Shown in pieces: positions 24,706 to 37,140 of a DNA stretch of 64,000 nt. The notes beneath the pieces are model-generated. The model was not told the origin of the DNA. It saw nothing but the letters and a program-made list of their open reading frames with translations, and made no database searches. Origin of the DNA: Chiloscyllium plagiosum (lineage: Eukaryota); the NCBI RefSeq assembly GCF_004010195.1, contig NC_057718.1, positions 82,338,458-82,402,457 of the forward strand, given 5' to 3'. The position numbers and the translations under genes were made by a program. Positions within the stretch are counted from its first letter, which is position 1. Every line of letters begins with the position of its first letter.

Positions 24706-24756
24706 ACCAATGTACAGATGATACAAAATTGTCTGGCTGCGTTGATGAGTAATTAG
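24706..24756 (+). CDS. SNX5: Sorting nexin 5-like terminal coding exon with stop codon
   Basis: ttttatttcttttag| then TNVQMIQNCLAALMSN-TAG. Same length and pattern as the SNX5/SNX6 C-terminus. The eight exons total 702 nt (233 aa + stop) in one frame. Confidence 0.88.
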   Translation, partial: TNVQMIQNCLAALMSN

Positions 24757-26240
24757 TGCCATTCGACTGGATGAGGTCAGGAATCCTCAATGACCTCTTT
24801 TGACCCACAAGAGAAAATTTATAATTTGCAACCTAAAATAACTGCACATCTTTCTGCATGGAATAGGCTGTGCGTGCTCCTATAGTCCTTTTATGGCTTG
24901 TATCTCTGCTGCTGTTTAACTCCTAAAAGCTTGAATAATGTGCAAAGTAATACCTTTTTCAAAAAAAATGGAAACATTGTTCCCCACAAGTGCCTGCTGA
25001 TTGTAGAACTTCACAGTGACTTCCAAAACTGAAGCTGGACCAAATTTTGTATGTTCATATTCCTGTACATTGCTTCAACTTCATAGAAGTGAGGTATAAT
25101 AGAGATAATTGACAATAATTGTCATTCAACTTGTACTTGCACCCAGATTGTTTAGCCAATGCTTTAAGATCATGTTTGGAGTTTTAACAAATCTTCCATT
25201 TCATTCTGTTCAAATGACCAAATTAATACTGCTGGTTTCAGCTAAATGACCAAAATCTTCCCATTTTAACATTACATTACTCCAAAGCTCTTTCCTTCAA
25301 AAGTAACCTTTTTGTATTTATTCTAATTTTCTGAAAACTAAGCTTGGAGTTAAAAATAGTTATGCTTTTGGTCCCTGGGTTCAATTTTTAATATTGATTG
25401 AAATTTAAACAGTTATGCTAATAGAAAACAAAAGAGCTATAATGCTGAAGGCATTTCTGTAGTATTGTACTAGTTGTCTGGCACTTGTACAGTTAATTGT
25501 GCCCCACCCCACCCCCACACTTTATCCTCTCTGCAAAAGCAAAGCCTTGTACTTAAATATTTTATATGAAAGATTTAAACTGCAGAACACTTGGAATGAG
25601 TGCCTATCTTCTACCAATGAATGTTTTAATTCTCTCCTCATACCAATCTCAGTCAAAATTCCAGTTTGACGTTCTCATTTTAAAGGCTTACTATTTTGGA
25701 TCACTTTGTCAAAAGAGTTTGAAATGCAAGTGGTGCTTTGTTACTCTTGCTTTTCTTTCCTATCAGTTTGGGTTTGGAGATGAAGTGAAATTCGGAAATT
25801 CGGTTTTCCATCCTAACAATCTGGTTGAGCCATCGGGAGAATACGAGGCCAGACATGTCAAGTCTGTCCACTTATCAGCTATGCACTCTTCAGGAAATTC
25901 CACTTTTAAAGCAATATGATGAAGGGCTGAGAGAGCTTATCTTTCCTATGTCTTATCCTGTGATGAAAGGAAGAAGCCAAATGCAGGACGTGATTTAGAT
26001 AATTCCTGAAAGTTATATTGGAGAAGAAAATGGAAGCGTTTTGTTAAAGCTCTTGATTTGTTTTGTTGTTTCACATTGATCTGTGTCCTCGTCTGCAATT
26101 CCTAATAATTAATGGAGAACAGAGGAAGTCCAATGTGAAAACAAAAATTGAGATTTTATTACATTCAGGTGCACTCTGGTTTTGTTTTTGATGTCCGTGT
26201 ATGTGCATAAATGAATAAATGCTAATAACATATTAATGTT
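24757..26240 (+). other. Probable 3'UTR of the SNX5-like gene
   Basis: AT-rich stretch with no recognised repeats after the stop codon, ending near an AATAAA at 26214-26219. The end point is inferred. Confidence 0.5.
26214..26219 (+). terminator. Candidate polyadenylation signal (AATAAA)
   Basis: Canonical hexamer about 1.45 kb after the stop, followed by T/G-rich sequence and then a return to repeats. Confidence 0.45.
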
Positions 26241-26489
26241 ATGACTTGGCTTGAATTATCATGCTGTGGGAGGTACCTGTCCCTCTAACCTGCCACCTGT
26301 CCATCTCCTTGAGTTGGCCTTTGCTTTTCTATTGCACCCAAATTCCTGCAACCCCTGCCCCTTGCCCCTCACCAACAAACCAAGACCACCCGGAGAGTTG
26401 ATCTTGTCCTTGTCCATTGCCTGCCTTTCCAAATTAATAGTATTTCTTTGAGACATCAAACTTATTTGAGGGTGATGATTTTATTGGAG

Positions 26490-27362
26490 ACATGGTTTGT
26501 AAGTTTGCAAATAACACCAAAATTGGTATAATGGACAGCTAAGATTACCTAAGGTTTCAAAAAGATTTTGATTAATTGGGTCAGTGGGTGGAGGCATGGC
26601 AGATGGAGTTTAATTTAGATAAATGATAATACAAACAAGGACGGGATTTGTACAATTAATGGTAGGGCCCTGAGTAGTATTGTAGAACAGAGACGTAAGG
26701 GTTCAGGTACAGAATTCTTTGAAATTTCCATCACGGGTAGACAGGGTAGTTAAGAAGGTGTGTAGCACACTTGCCTTCGTAGCTCAGACCATTGAGTGCA
26801 GGAGTTGGGATGTCATGTTGATGTTGTATGAGACGTTAGTGAGAACTCTTCTGGGATGCTGTGTGCAGTTCTGATCACCTTGTTGGAGGAAGGGTATTAC
26901 TAAACTGGAGAGGGATCACAAAAGATTTACTAGGATGTTACTGGGGATGGAGAGTTTGAGATAGAAAAAGAGACTAGGACTTTTGCTGGAGCACAGCAGG
27001 TTGAAGGGTGACTTTGAGGTTTATAAAATCATGAGGGGCATAGATAAGGTGACCAGCAAAAGTCTTTTCCCTTGGATGAGGGAGTTTGAAACTAGAGGGC
27101 ACTCTTTTTAATGAGAGGAGAGATTTCAATAAAACACAAGGGGCAACTTTTTTTTAAACACTCGTTCTAATGTGGAATGACCTACCAGAGAAAGTGGTGG
27201 ATGTAGGTACATTTACAACATTTAAAAGACATTTGGATACATTTGTGACTAGGAAAGGTTTGGAAGGATATGGGTCAAGAGCAGGCAGTTTAGTTTGAGA
27301 ACATTGTTGGTGTGGATTGCGTGGACTGAAGGGTCTGTTTCCATGCTGTAGGACTCTATGCT
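26490..27362 (+). mobile_element. CR1 3' fragment
   Basis: KFANNTK, WQMEFNLDK and VWNDLPE motifs; gactctatg tail. Confidence 0.85.
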
Positions 27363-27874
27363 AGCTAGCTTGGTCAAACTTGCACTGTCAGTTCTGATCT
27401 ATGCTCAGTGTCCTAAAGGCGGAACTGAAACCAGCCAACAAGTAGCAAGTAGGTTATGATGTTAGGTAGAATTTCTATCTCCAGATGATGCAATTTCTAA
27501 CAAATCTGTTAACAAATTTTGGTATTGTTTATTGTTTCACAGATATTTTGCTTTAGTGTTTTCTCCCTGAAGACATGCCTGTGCTGTTTTCAGTAAAGAT
27601 GATAGTTTCTATTTATTGATGTCAAGCATCTACTTGCTGAGAAGCAAGCAAATATCACCCAGAAACTGAGTTGTCCCCTCCTGTGATATAGCAGACAAAC
27701 ACATGCAGTGGTTAAAGCAGCAGAATTTGCTCTCCTGAGAATCTATTTGGGTCAATTTAAGCACAACTGGGGGCTATGGAAATCAGACACTGCACAGTTT
27801 ACCCAAATTTCTTCAGATTCTGAAGGGTTTGGGTTCAGTCCTCACTTTATACTCTTATTGTGAGAGCAACAATC

Positions 27875-28025
27875 ATTCTTAAAGTAGTTTTCATAAACTC
27901 AGGACAGCCCAAAAGCATTTTATCCCAATGAACAACTTTACGGCGATGTAGTCACTGTCATTAAGGAGGCAACTTTGTACACGTCGGGATTCCACAGACA
28001 GCAATATGATAGTGACCTGGTTGTA
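27875..28025 (-). mobile_element. Deu-domain SINE 3' fragment
   Basis: Minus strand reads ggtcactatcatattgctgtctgtggaatcc...acagtgactacat...ttcattgggataaaatgcttttgggctgtcctgag. Confidence 0.55.
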
Positions 28026-30130
28026 TTCCTGTCAAAAGATTAGGTGGATTCTCAGGTGAATCAAGGCTGAGAATCCTTGATCCACCTTTAACTATTGCCT
28101 TAGGGTTTCTCACTGGAATTTGAGCTGATCATTCAATGAAGATGAATTCCCAATCTTGAGGTGAAGACAGAAATCTAGCCACTGGACACATGGCTGTTGA
28201 ATCTAAATGCAATGAGAGAGAGAACTAACATTTTGTTTGACTTTCCTGATTTCCAGTCCAGCAATTTGCTGGTTACCCATTGGCCTTCAATAGATGTGTC
28301 GCACATCTTCAAATGGCTGTAATCTAAGCTGTTTTGACACAATGAGTATCATTTGAGTCATTTACTGATGTTTGTGCTGACACATTCAAATAAAAGTTGG
28401 ATTTAAAACAAAGCCAGATCATGAGGTGCCCTTATGGTCCCTTGAACTTGCTCTGCTATTCCATACGATCATGGCTGATCACCGATTGCAGTTTCCCCCT
28501 CTATCCCCCATGTCCTTTGATGCCAACAAAAATACTTCTCTTGACTAAACTAATGAACTGAGCATCCACAACTCTAGCATGGAGAATTCTAATGATTTAC
28601 AATGTTGAGTGAAGAAATCTTTCCATCTCAGTACTCCAAGGCCAAGCCCTTATCCTGAGATGTTGACCCAGTTCCGCATGCTGTAGCAAGGTTAATGCTA
28701 TCTTGGCATTTACGTTGACAAACCCTCAGAAATTTGTTTCAATGAGATGACCACTTGTTTTACTAAACACTTGAGAATGTAGGCCCAATATGCTTGGTCT
28801 TCACATAGGTCAACTTTCTGTCAGGATCAAATCTAGTGAGCCTTTATTCACCACCACCAACCCCTGCCTCAACTCAAAGGTGTATATCTGATGTCAGCTG
28901 ATCATAGCTATACAATATTCCATGATATACAATACATGGTATATAATAATAGCAGTTGCATGATCTCAAACAGCACTACTTCACTGATATTTTGGACAGG
29001 CAGCTTATATATTTACTTTAACAACTGCCTTTAATTGACTGCTAGAAATCTACAGGAAATTGCTAAGAGGAGAGAAGTCTGCGATAGTAACGCATTGGCA
29101 GAAAGCAACAAGTTTTTGCATGCAGTGATTTCTCCATGCAGTACATTCCTGACTTGCTGGGCATTTTATATTGAATTCATTACTGAATTCTCTGGCAGCA
29201 GGCTAGGAAAGTGCTGTTTACACCAACACTGAGGCCAATTCCAGGCTGGAGACATCTAGGCATCAGTCAGTAAGGCAGCTGGAAGGCTTCCACCTACTTT
29301 GCACGTGAACTAGGCAACCTCTGGCAAAGGTACCCAGGCACTCTGCAACAGTTGTTTGCGACTGAACACTCCTTGTCACAAAATGGACAACATTGAGGAG
29401 AAGTGGAAAGATTTGTAATCTGACTAATCAACTGACCAGTCATGATGTGTATAACCCTTCTGTGGCATGGCCACTTTTATATCGACTTTATAGATTAGTC
29501 CTATACAATGGGAAGGATTTATGGGCTTACAGTCCATGTGATGAGGTGGGATTACTCTGCTTCTGGACATGAGTACGGTTTGCTTGATCCAGAATCTGGA
29601 GTTAGAGCTCATTGGCACTATTGGGATTACCTGGGAGTGTGTTCAAATCTTGAGCCCTCTGACATGAGCTCATAATATGAAGCACTTGTTTAGAGGAGAG
29701 ACTTGTGGCACTCAGTGCACCTTTTGTTTGATTTTAACAATATGCAAATTTTGCATTGCTGAAAATCATTTTTCTCAGACGTGACATTAAACCAAAATGT
29801 TTACCTTAGAGTGTGGATGTAAAACTGAAGTGTTCTCCCAGACCAACATTTTAAAACCTTACTTGTTTGTGGGAGCATAGGAAATGCACCTTTCATAAAA
29901 GTTGAATTGCAGCTTCAAAATTCAGTTCATTCTTTCTTACACGTTCAGCTTTTAATACGTAGCCAAAGCATCTGCAAGCACTCAACACTTTAGGAGCTGA
30001 TGGTTCATGTAGTTTGCATTTTATGTGTAGGCTAAATATTTTTGGAAGCAACTTTTGGGGGCTGGGTAAATTGTGGTTGGCAAGTGCCCAACTGGTTGGC
30101 TTCCCTGCCTGGCGATACATCTCAGCACAT

Positions 30131-30225
30131 CTGTCACAGGGTCACTGGACCGGAAACGTTAACTCTACTTTCCCTCCACAGATGCTGCCAAGACCTGAGT
30201 TTCTCCAGCGATTTCTGTTTTATAT
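30131..30225 (+). mobile_element. Solo PLE terminal repeat with a degenerate hammerhead
   Basis: ggtcactggacc-ggaaacgtt then ccacagatgctgccaagacctgagtttctccagc. Same family as 184-310 and 913-1010. Confidence 0.7.
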
Positions 30226-30249
30226 TTATTCTTTGTTGCAGCTGCTGCC

Positions 30250-32330
30250 ATCTTAGCTACTGTAGAAGTGGCAACTAAAAGTTTCCTACTTAAGGAATCT
30301 AATTCTCAAGATAAGGGCAAGTATCGTGTGACTGAGATTAAAAGGATCACATGAGTAACCAAGAGCTTGATAGAAAAAATGTTGTACAATTACAGAAAGA
30401 ATATCAAAATCAGTTGTCCCACCTGGCTTGGGACAGATTGATACAAATATTATGGATGAAAAAATATAAAAAGAATCCTGTAGATCTCATTTCTGTAAAC
30501 GTTCTGCCTCTTTAAACTTTCTTGGAGTTTCGGTGCTTATAGGTGAAGCTATACCCTTCATTTCAGCCAAATCGTTTCTAAAATTCAACGCTGTCCGAAG
30601 TGTTTCTTAACTCCTGCCACCTTTCTAGACATCAAGTCATGTTCCAGCTGCAGTTTGTACGAAGGAACTGGGATATATGTTCCACTTATGCTATTTATTA
30701 AAAAATGACTTTCAATACACTCTCTGGAGGAAACACTAATTCTGCCTCCAGCCAAAGAGTTGAGTAGCTCCTCTGTCTTAATATATTTGTCAGTTTAGAA
30801 GTCCTTTTTGAAGAAAACGGGCTTATCTTTCCTGTTGACAAAGATTCTCTATATTTTTCACCTCATGCACCTCTCCCAGCGACAATTACCTCTGGTTTCA
30901 TAGTTATAATTAAAGCAATAATTTGATGTATTGTATTTTCCTTGCGAATTTCTTTCTTGGACTCGCTCTTCCAAACCCCCAATAAATCCCCTGGGGTTCA
31001 CTTGCAACTTCCAGCATTCCCAACAAACGTGTCTGGCTTTGTTACAAGTGGAAACATTTGTGCTGTAAATTTTCACTTCCATTCTCAAAACCTTCCTTTT
31101 GACTTGGGAGGGGAGTGGGGGAAAAGATGCTGGGACATTCCCAGCTGTCCCTTCTCTACTTCCTTTCACACTTCTGTCTTTATCTTCTTTTGTGTGTTTA
31201 TGGGGGGGGTAACAAAAAATGGTTTAGCTTTATTGATAAGGTCATAATCATTATGCATTTGTGCTGGCTGTTTTGCAGTTGCTGCATTCTAGTCTTCAAT
31301 ATAGGTTCTAATTATTAAAAGTAATGAGTTTTTACATTCATCAGGATCTGATCTCTGAGAGTTTCATGCATGGTATTTTCTCTTAATGTCCATAACTACT
31401 AGTCAAAATTATTTTGCGTAACTTTTTTTTAATTGAATGATTTATTGTCACTGGTATTTAACAAATAAATAGTGGAAAATGTAATATGTCGCCATGCTCC
31501 ACCGTCATTTTGATTTACAGACAATATTACAGACTGAAATTAAGAAATAAAACTTAAATATAAGTAAAAAGAGTTCATCCTCCTCCCTCCTCGTGCTCCG
31601 CTCGTGTGCCCAGACTGTTCCTTCAATTTCAAAACTTTTGTGTGTTTCCCCTTTGAGGACCCATACACCCTAAATAGCCTATGAGAGCGTGAATTTCATC
31701 TGTTCAGCTTGTCAACTGCACAAAGTCCAGTTTCCTTTTGGCCACTTCATTTGTTTCATTATTTTCTCAGATGTCAGAGAGAATACCTGCACATCATTTT
31801 CTTTTATTTGTTTTATGATGGTTTCTGTCAATATTTCCTACTGGACTTTACATTATGATTTGCATTTGCCTCATCACCTTTGCCCAGTCACCTTCTGCAT
31901 CTGAAGTTTTATTAACTGCATTATTTTAACCTGGTCTCCCCTATCTCTCTTCCTTTATTTTTTTCCCTTTTCTTTACCTCTATCTGCTGAATCTCTAGCT
32001 CTAGCTTTTTAAATTCTTCTGGATCTCTTTCTTTCTTCAAGTCTTTTTGTCTCCATCCTTTGCAATTCCAATATATTTTTCTTCTCTACCTCAAGCTGCC
32101 TCAATTCTTTTTAATGTTCAACTGCTTTAACTAACAGAATTCTCACAAATTTGTTCCCTCTTGTATTTCCACCAATACCAAATGCCTTGTCAATGTTTCA
32201 ATTACTGTTGCCGCCTTCGCAATTCCACCTTTAGTTTGCCAGTTGTAAGAGCTTGACTTTTATTATCAAGGATTCCTCTTTCCACTGTAGGATACTATTG
32301 CCTTATGCCAATGCCACTATTTTATGGTAT
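30250..32330 (-). mobile_element. Decayed Gmr1-like Gypsy LTR-retrotransposon gag/protease
   Basis: Minus strand, frameshifted: K/E-rich coiled coil (~31930-32100), EKIMKQMKWPKGNWT (~31730), SCAN-like ETLRDQIL...IRTYIED...AKQPAQMHNDYDLINK (~31230-31370), CCHC remnant CNKARHVCWECW (~31015) and a DTGA-like protease remnant (~30770). Confidence 0.65.
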
Positions 32331-33609
32331 AAGAAAACTGGTAGGTGTCCTCTTATCCTTTATCAATCACCTTTACATCACATTCCGTATTACGTACTCC
32401 ATGTTTAATACATCCAACAGCCAGCTCCTGATCTTAGTTATGTATGCAATAGTTTCATTAAATGCAGTTATCAAATTTATATACTTACCAAGTATTTTTG
32501 GAAAAGATTAACTCCCTCCCATGTAGGTTTATAATGATTTTAAGGTTCTTGTTTGTTTACATTGTCAATTTTAGATTCTAGAAGATTTGCCATTTGGTCT
32601 GGAACACTTTTTTGGCATGTTTCATAAGTTGAATTTTGTGGATTGTGAAACACTGGCAGTCATCCATGGACACCTTGCACCAATAAACACTGATTTAGAT
32701 TTCCTCTCCTTGGCAATCACTTCTGCAGATAAATCGAACCAGCCATCTGTGGTGATTTAAATCTGGCTTGGCATGTTCAATTTTATCCTCTGGTTATTCC
32801 GTTGATGGTGTTGAATCTTCAGCCTGAAAGTCGCTCTTAAATTTCATTAGATTTGGATAAATGCTTGAATATTTTATCAGGAGATTCATTGTTGCTTTGC
32901 CAAGAGTTTTGCCGTGCCCCTGTAATAGGTTCATATTCGGCATGTTATTGGTTCCAATTGAGTACAATCCACTTTCAGGAATCCACATGCCACTCTCCCC
33001 AGTTCAGTGTTTGCACCAAGAAGCTGTATTCTGTAGCAGGACATGAAATTCCGCAACTATGGAGCATTATCAGATTGTGAGCTGAACTTGGTCAGAGGGT
33101 CGGAAATGAGAACCCAATCGGATGTGGATTTATCAGGGCAGTTCAAAGTCAGATTTGCTAACTTAGAATAGTGTAGGAACAATATCTGCACATGTGTGTG
33201 CCCATAGTTTAGTGAAAAACTGCCATGTTAAAATTTAGAGAAAATTATTTATCATGCCAGATTTTGTTTTGGGATCTGGTTTGTCCAGTAGTAACATCAA
33301 TTGGAATCACAACAGACAATACTGAAAACCAGTGAAGTAAAATCAATCAAAAAAAACAAATGACATCCAGGCTTTGATCCTTTGGGGGTCTGAAAGAAAA
33401 GGGAAGTGATGCTTCAGTTGTACAGAGGCTTAGCAGAACACCTTTCACTTTTGGAACACTCCCCTCTCGAAGCTTGTGTCAACCCTAAAGGTTGATTGAG
33501 AATTATCAGGGATTAAAATGGTTACGTTATGAGAAAAGGTTGCTTGAATTTTGAACACATTGAGTTTAGGAGATTGAGGTGAATTTTAAGTTGATTGGAT
33601 AGGGGAGGT

Positions 33610-33703
33610 TGAGAGTGTGGTGCTGGAAAAGCTCAGCAGGTCAGGCAGCATCAGAGGAGTAGGAGAATTGACGTTTTGGGCATAAACCCTTCATCAGGAA
33701 ATT
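33610..33703 (-). mobile_element. Solo PLE terminal repeat with an 11-bp TSD and a hammerhead remnant
   Basis: ataggggaggt at 33599-33609 and 33704-33714. Minus strand ctgatgaagggtttatgcccaaaacgtc (G12 to A). Confidence 0.85.
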
Positions 33704-35725
33704 ATAGGGGAGGTATAGAGCAGATAGTTCATTATTGGGGAAGAGGCATACTCATAAAATTAGAACTAGGATATTGATAAATGAAATCTAAGTCCATTTT
33801 CACCGCAAAAAAACAGGCAAAGAAATCTGGAATTCTGTTCTTCCCATGTGGGCTGCGAAACGTCAAGTAGCAAACCATCTTGAAGGCAACAAGGGATTGA
33901 CAGAAAATTCCAACAAATGTAAAAAAAATCCTGTGTGATGCTAGGATTCATCCCATTCTGCATCTTTTTTAGCCATTTGTATCTAGCTCTAGAACTCATT
34001 ACTTTAATCCATCTTGTATTCCTTCTGGTCCTTCCATGCCCCCACCAGGAGGCATATTGCTGTAGTATTTTGCTTAAAATGTATAGGTCTTCCCTCCATT
34101 CTCTGGAGAGAGTGTTGGGGCTGGCTCTGACCTCATCGTTAAATTGAACCTTTCATATCTTTTAAAATTATTTGTGTTGTAGATGTCGCTGACACGTATT
34201 ATCCAGCCAGAGTTGTCCTTCAGAAAGTGAGCTGCAGTCCTCTCAGTCACTGTGAGCTGTGTGGTAAAGGTACTCCCATGTTGCAGTAAGGTACGGAGTT
34301 CAAGGACTTGGATTCAGCAACTGTGAGAGCAAGTGAAACATCTCCATGTTAGCATTGGCAGTGTATGTCGAGGCTTAGTGTGTCAATGGAGTATAGTGCC
34401 GTAGCTGTGGGAAATCATTAGTTTGAATGGGAAAGTGAAGCTACATGTTACAGGAGCAGAAAAATGAATGTTTATCTGTTCAGTACAATATTCTAGAAAT
34501 TGGAGTTGTCATCCTGAAATTCTTCCTTCTCCTGCTAGATGGTGCTAGAAAGTTTCTTTTAAAACGTGTCAGTATTAAGCACTCCTTTCATTTAAAACGC
34601 AGTATATTAGGAAGCCACATGCAAAGGAGAATTGCTTGGAACCTAAGTGTTTATCTCGAGTTTCCATGAAACCTGTCTACGACCAACTTTCACCTTTTAA
34701 GTTCACCGTGCTTTAAGTATTCGAATGAATGACTGGCCCACAATATTTTTGAAGTTTGGGCACCTGAACAGATTTAACTTTGGCCCACGTCACACACTAT
34801 GAAATCCTGCGTCTTTACATCCTGAAAGAAGTGTGTGTTTACATCCTGGTTCAACAGGACGTGCTTGTTCCACACTCACTGCTGCCAAGATCTGATCGTC
34901 TGACTCACTTCTTTGTGAAGGAGTGTTATGTACTCTTTTTTTTCCCTGCAGAGAAATCCGGGTTCTAATTGTCAAAGTTACCAATTAGAGCAATGAGTAC
35001 AGGAACACTGGGACTTGTATGTCCTGTCTTTGAGTTTATACATGTTCTTGGATCAACAAAAATAATCTAAAAGGGCATTTTTAACAAAGTAACTTTTTAA
35101 ACTCTGCCTCAGTGGTGAGAATGTGGAATTTGGAATGGTGTGGATAATAGCGTAGAAACATTTACTGGGAAGCCAGATGTGGGAGAAAGGATATCTTGCC
35201 AGGGCAAGAGGAAGTAAAATGAGAAGACAATACTGTCATAGATTTGTTGGGCCAAATGGCCTATTGCTATGCTGGAATTCTATGCAGACTCAGTGATTAA
35301 CTTACAATGAAAACTCTTCACAACTGCAGAGGCTGTCCAAAATTTCAGGGGAAATTAGTGCTATGGAGTTGTAACAATGTTACAGTTGTACAAAGGCTTA
35401 GCAGAATGCCTTGTGGAGGACCTTTCATTTCTGGACGTTGGCCCAGTGGAAGGATGTGTCAACTGTGAAGGGACAGCAACATTGATTCCAAATGCTCAGA
35501 GACTGAAAGGGTCAAGTTATGAGATAAGGTTGCTTGAACTCTGAACAACATTGAGTGTAGGAGATTGAGGTGAATTTTAAGTTGATTTGATAAGGCAGGT
35601 GTAAAGGAGATAAATCATCTATTGGGGAACAGGCATACTCTCAAAAATAGAATGAGGATATTGAGAAGTGAAATCTGGATCTATTTTCACCATTTAAAAG
35701 AAGTGGGAGAACTCTGGAATTCTGT

Positions 35726-35771
35726 TCTCTCTCTCTCTCTCTCTCTCTTCTCTCCCCCCCCCCCCCCCCCC
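35726..35771. repeat. (TC)n microsatellite followed by poly-C
   Basis: Directly visible in the sequence. Confidence 0.9.
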
Positions 35772-36810
35772 ACCCTCAACTTCCCGAAAGGCTGTAGAGT
35801 TTAACTTAGGGTACAGGAGACTGACGAGAAGATTATTATAAAAGAAAAGGCTGGAGGTAACAAAGGCTTAACGGACAGTTTCAGGAACAGCTGAGCTAAG
35901 ACCAGGTTGGAAATAGACAATATTACAGAGACAGAAATAGGTCTTGATTATGACTAGATTAGGTTACAAACACTTCAAAGTTGATTTTACTAGTGGTTAC
36001 CAGGGAATTTTACACCTTCGCTGTTACTGACACATACATAGAAGTGAGAAAATAAAGCAGATGCTGTTGCTTGGCAACAGTACAATTTCATCTTCAAGCG
36101 CTGCATTCTGGGTAGCCTGCTTTAATGGGATGATTCTCTTGACCTTCTTGACCACAAATTAGATATTACCATTTAATCAGTGAATGTGCTTTCATCTCCT
36201 TGGTACAGATTTTTTGCAAACAAATATGCAAATTGGTAAACTAGAATTATTTGATACTGATCTGTGCTTTTATTGTTGTGTCAGGCTGAGTAGGCAAGAG
36301 TCTAGCAGTATAAGTCATTTAATGTTTTTCACCTGAACATGCTCCTTGTAAAATCATGAACGTGATATGCTGCTGCAAGTATTTTGACTGAGAGATTAGC
36401 ATTCACTCTGGTTGTGTTGTGATGAATCTTTTTGCAATTTGTCTGTTCTCTGGATGCTCAGTTTTTATAAGATGTTGGTCAAAACAAAAATGGATCCCAA
36501 TAGTCCTGAGGTGATTGACTGCCCACTGTTGTGGTTTCCATAGAAGCCATGGACAATTGTATCAATTGCCACCTTGTTATTGACTCTTCAATAATGAAAG
36601 CACCACTTCTAGTCAGATACAGAATCCCATTTCACTTACTAGTGAGTTAATGACTGAAGTTAAAGCTGTTTCGCTTATTGGAGAAATGTTAAGATCCTAT
36701 AGGTTTTTCTGAGCTCTGGTTTTGCTCATGTCAGTTTATTTCCTCTTAGAAAGCTAGTGCATAAAGGTGAGCAATGGTTTCAATGTGCTGCCCTCCCACT
36801 CCCTTCACAA

Positions 36811-37140
36811 GGTGGTGATGGCCTAGTGGTATTATTGCTAGCCTATTAATCTAGAAACTCGGCTAATGTTCTGGGGACTTGAGTTCAAATCCCACCGTGA
36901 TGGAATTTGAATTCAAAGAAGAATCTGGAATTAAGGGTCTAATGATTGTTGGGAAAACCCATCTAGTTCACCAATGTCCTTTAGGGAAGGAAATCTGTCA
37001 TCCTTACTCAGTCTGGACTACATGTCACTCCAGACCCACGGCAGTATGGTTGGCTCTTAATTGCCCTCTGGGCGATTAGGGATGGGCAATAATGCTGGTC
37101 TAGCCAGAGACACCCACAGCTCATGAGTGAATTTTTAAAA
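36811..37140 (+). mobile_element. tRNA-headed SINE-like element (head and tail of the LINE at 37829-49586)
   Basis: A box tggcctagtgg at 36819-36829 and B box agttcaaatcc at 36882-36892. The 3' tail atgggcaataatgctggtctagccagagacacccaca matches 49530-49566. Confidence 0.75.

Noticed and set aside
29893..30120. Minus-strand 75-aa ORF as an exon of a neighbouring gene
   Set aside because: No recognisable homology and no consistent open exon between splice sites.
36811..36900. tRNA gene
   Set aside because: A and B boxes are present, but the spacing is long, no cloverleaf is evident and the sequence continues into a repeat body. It is a SINE/LINE head.
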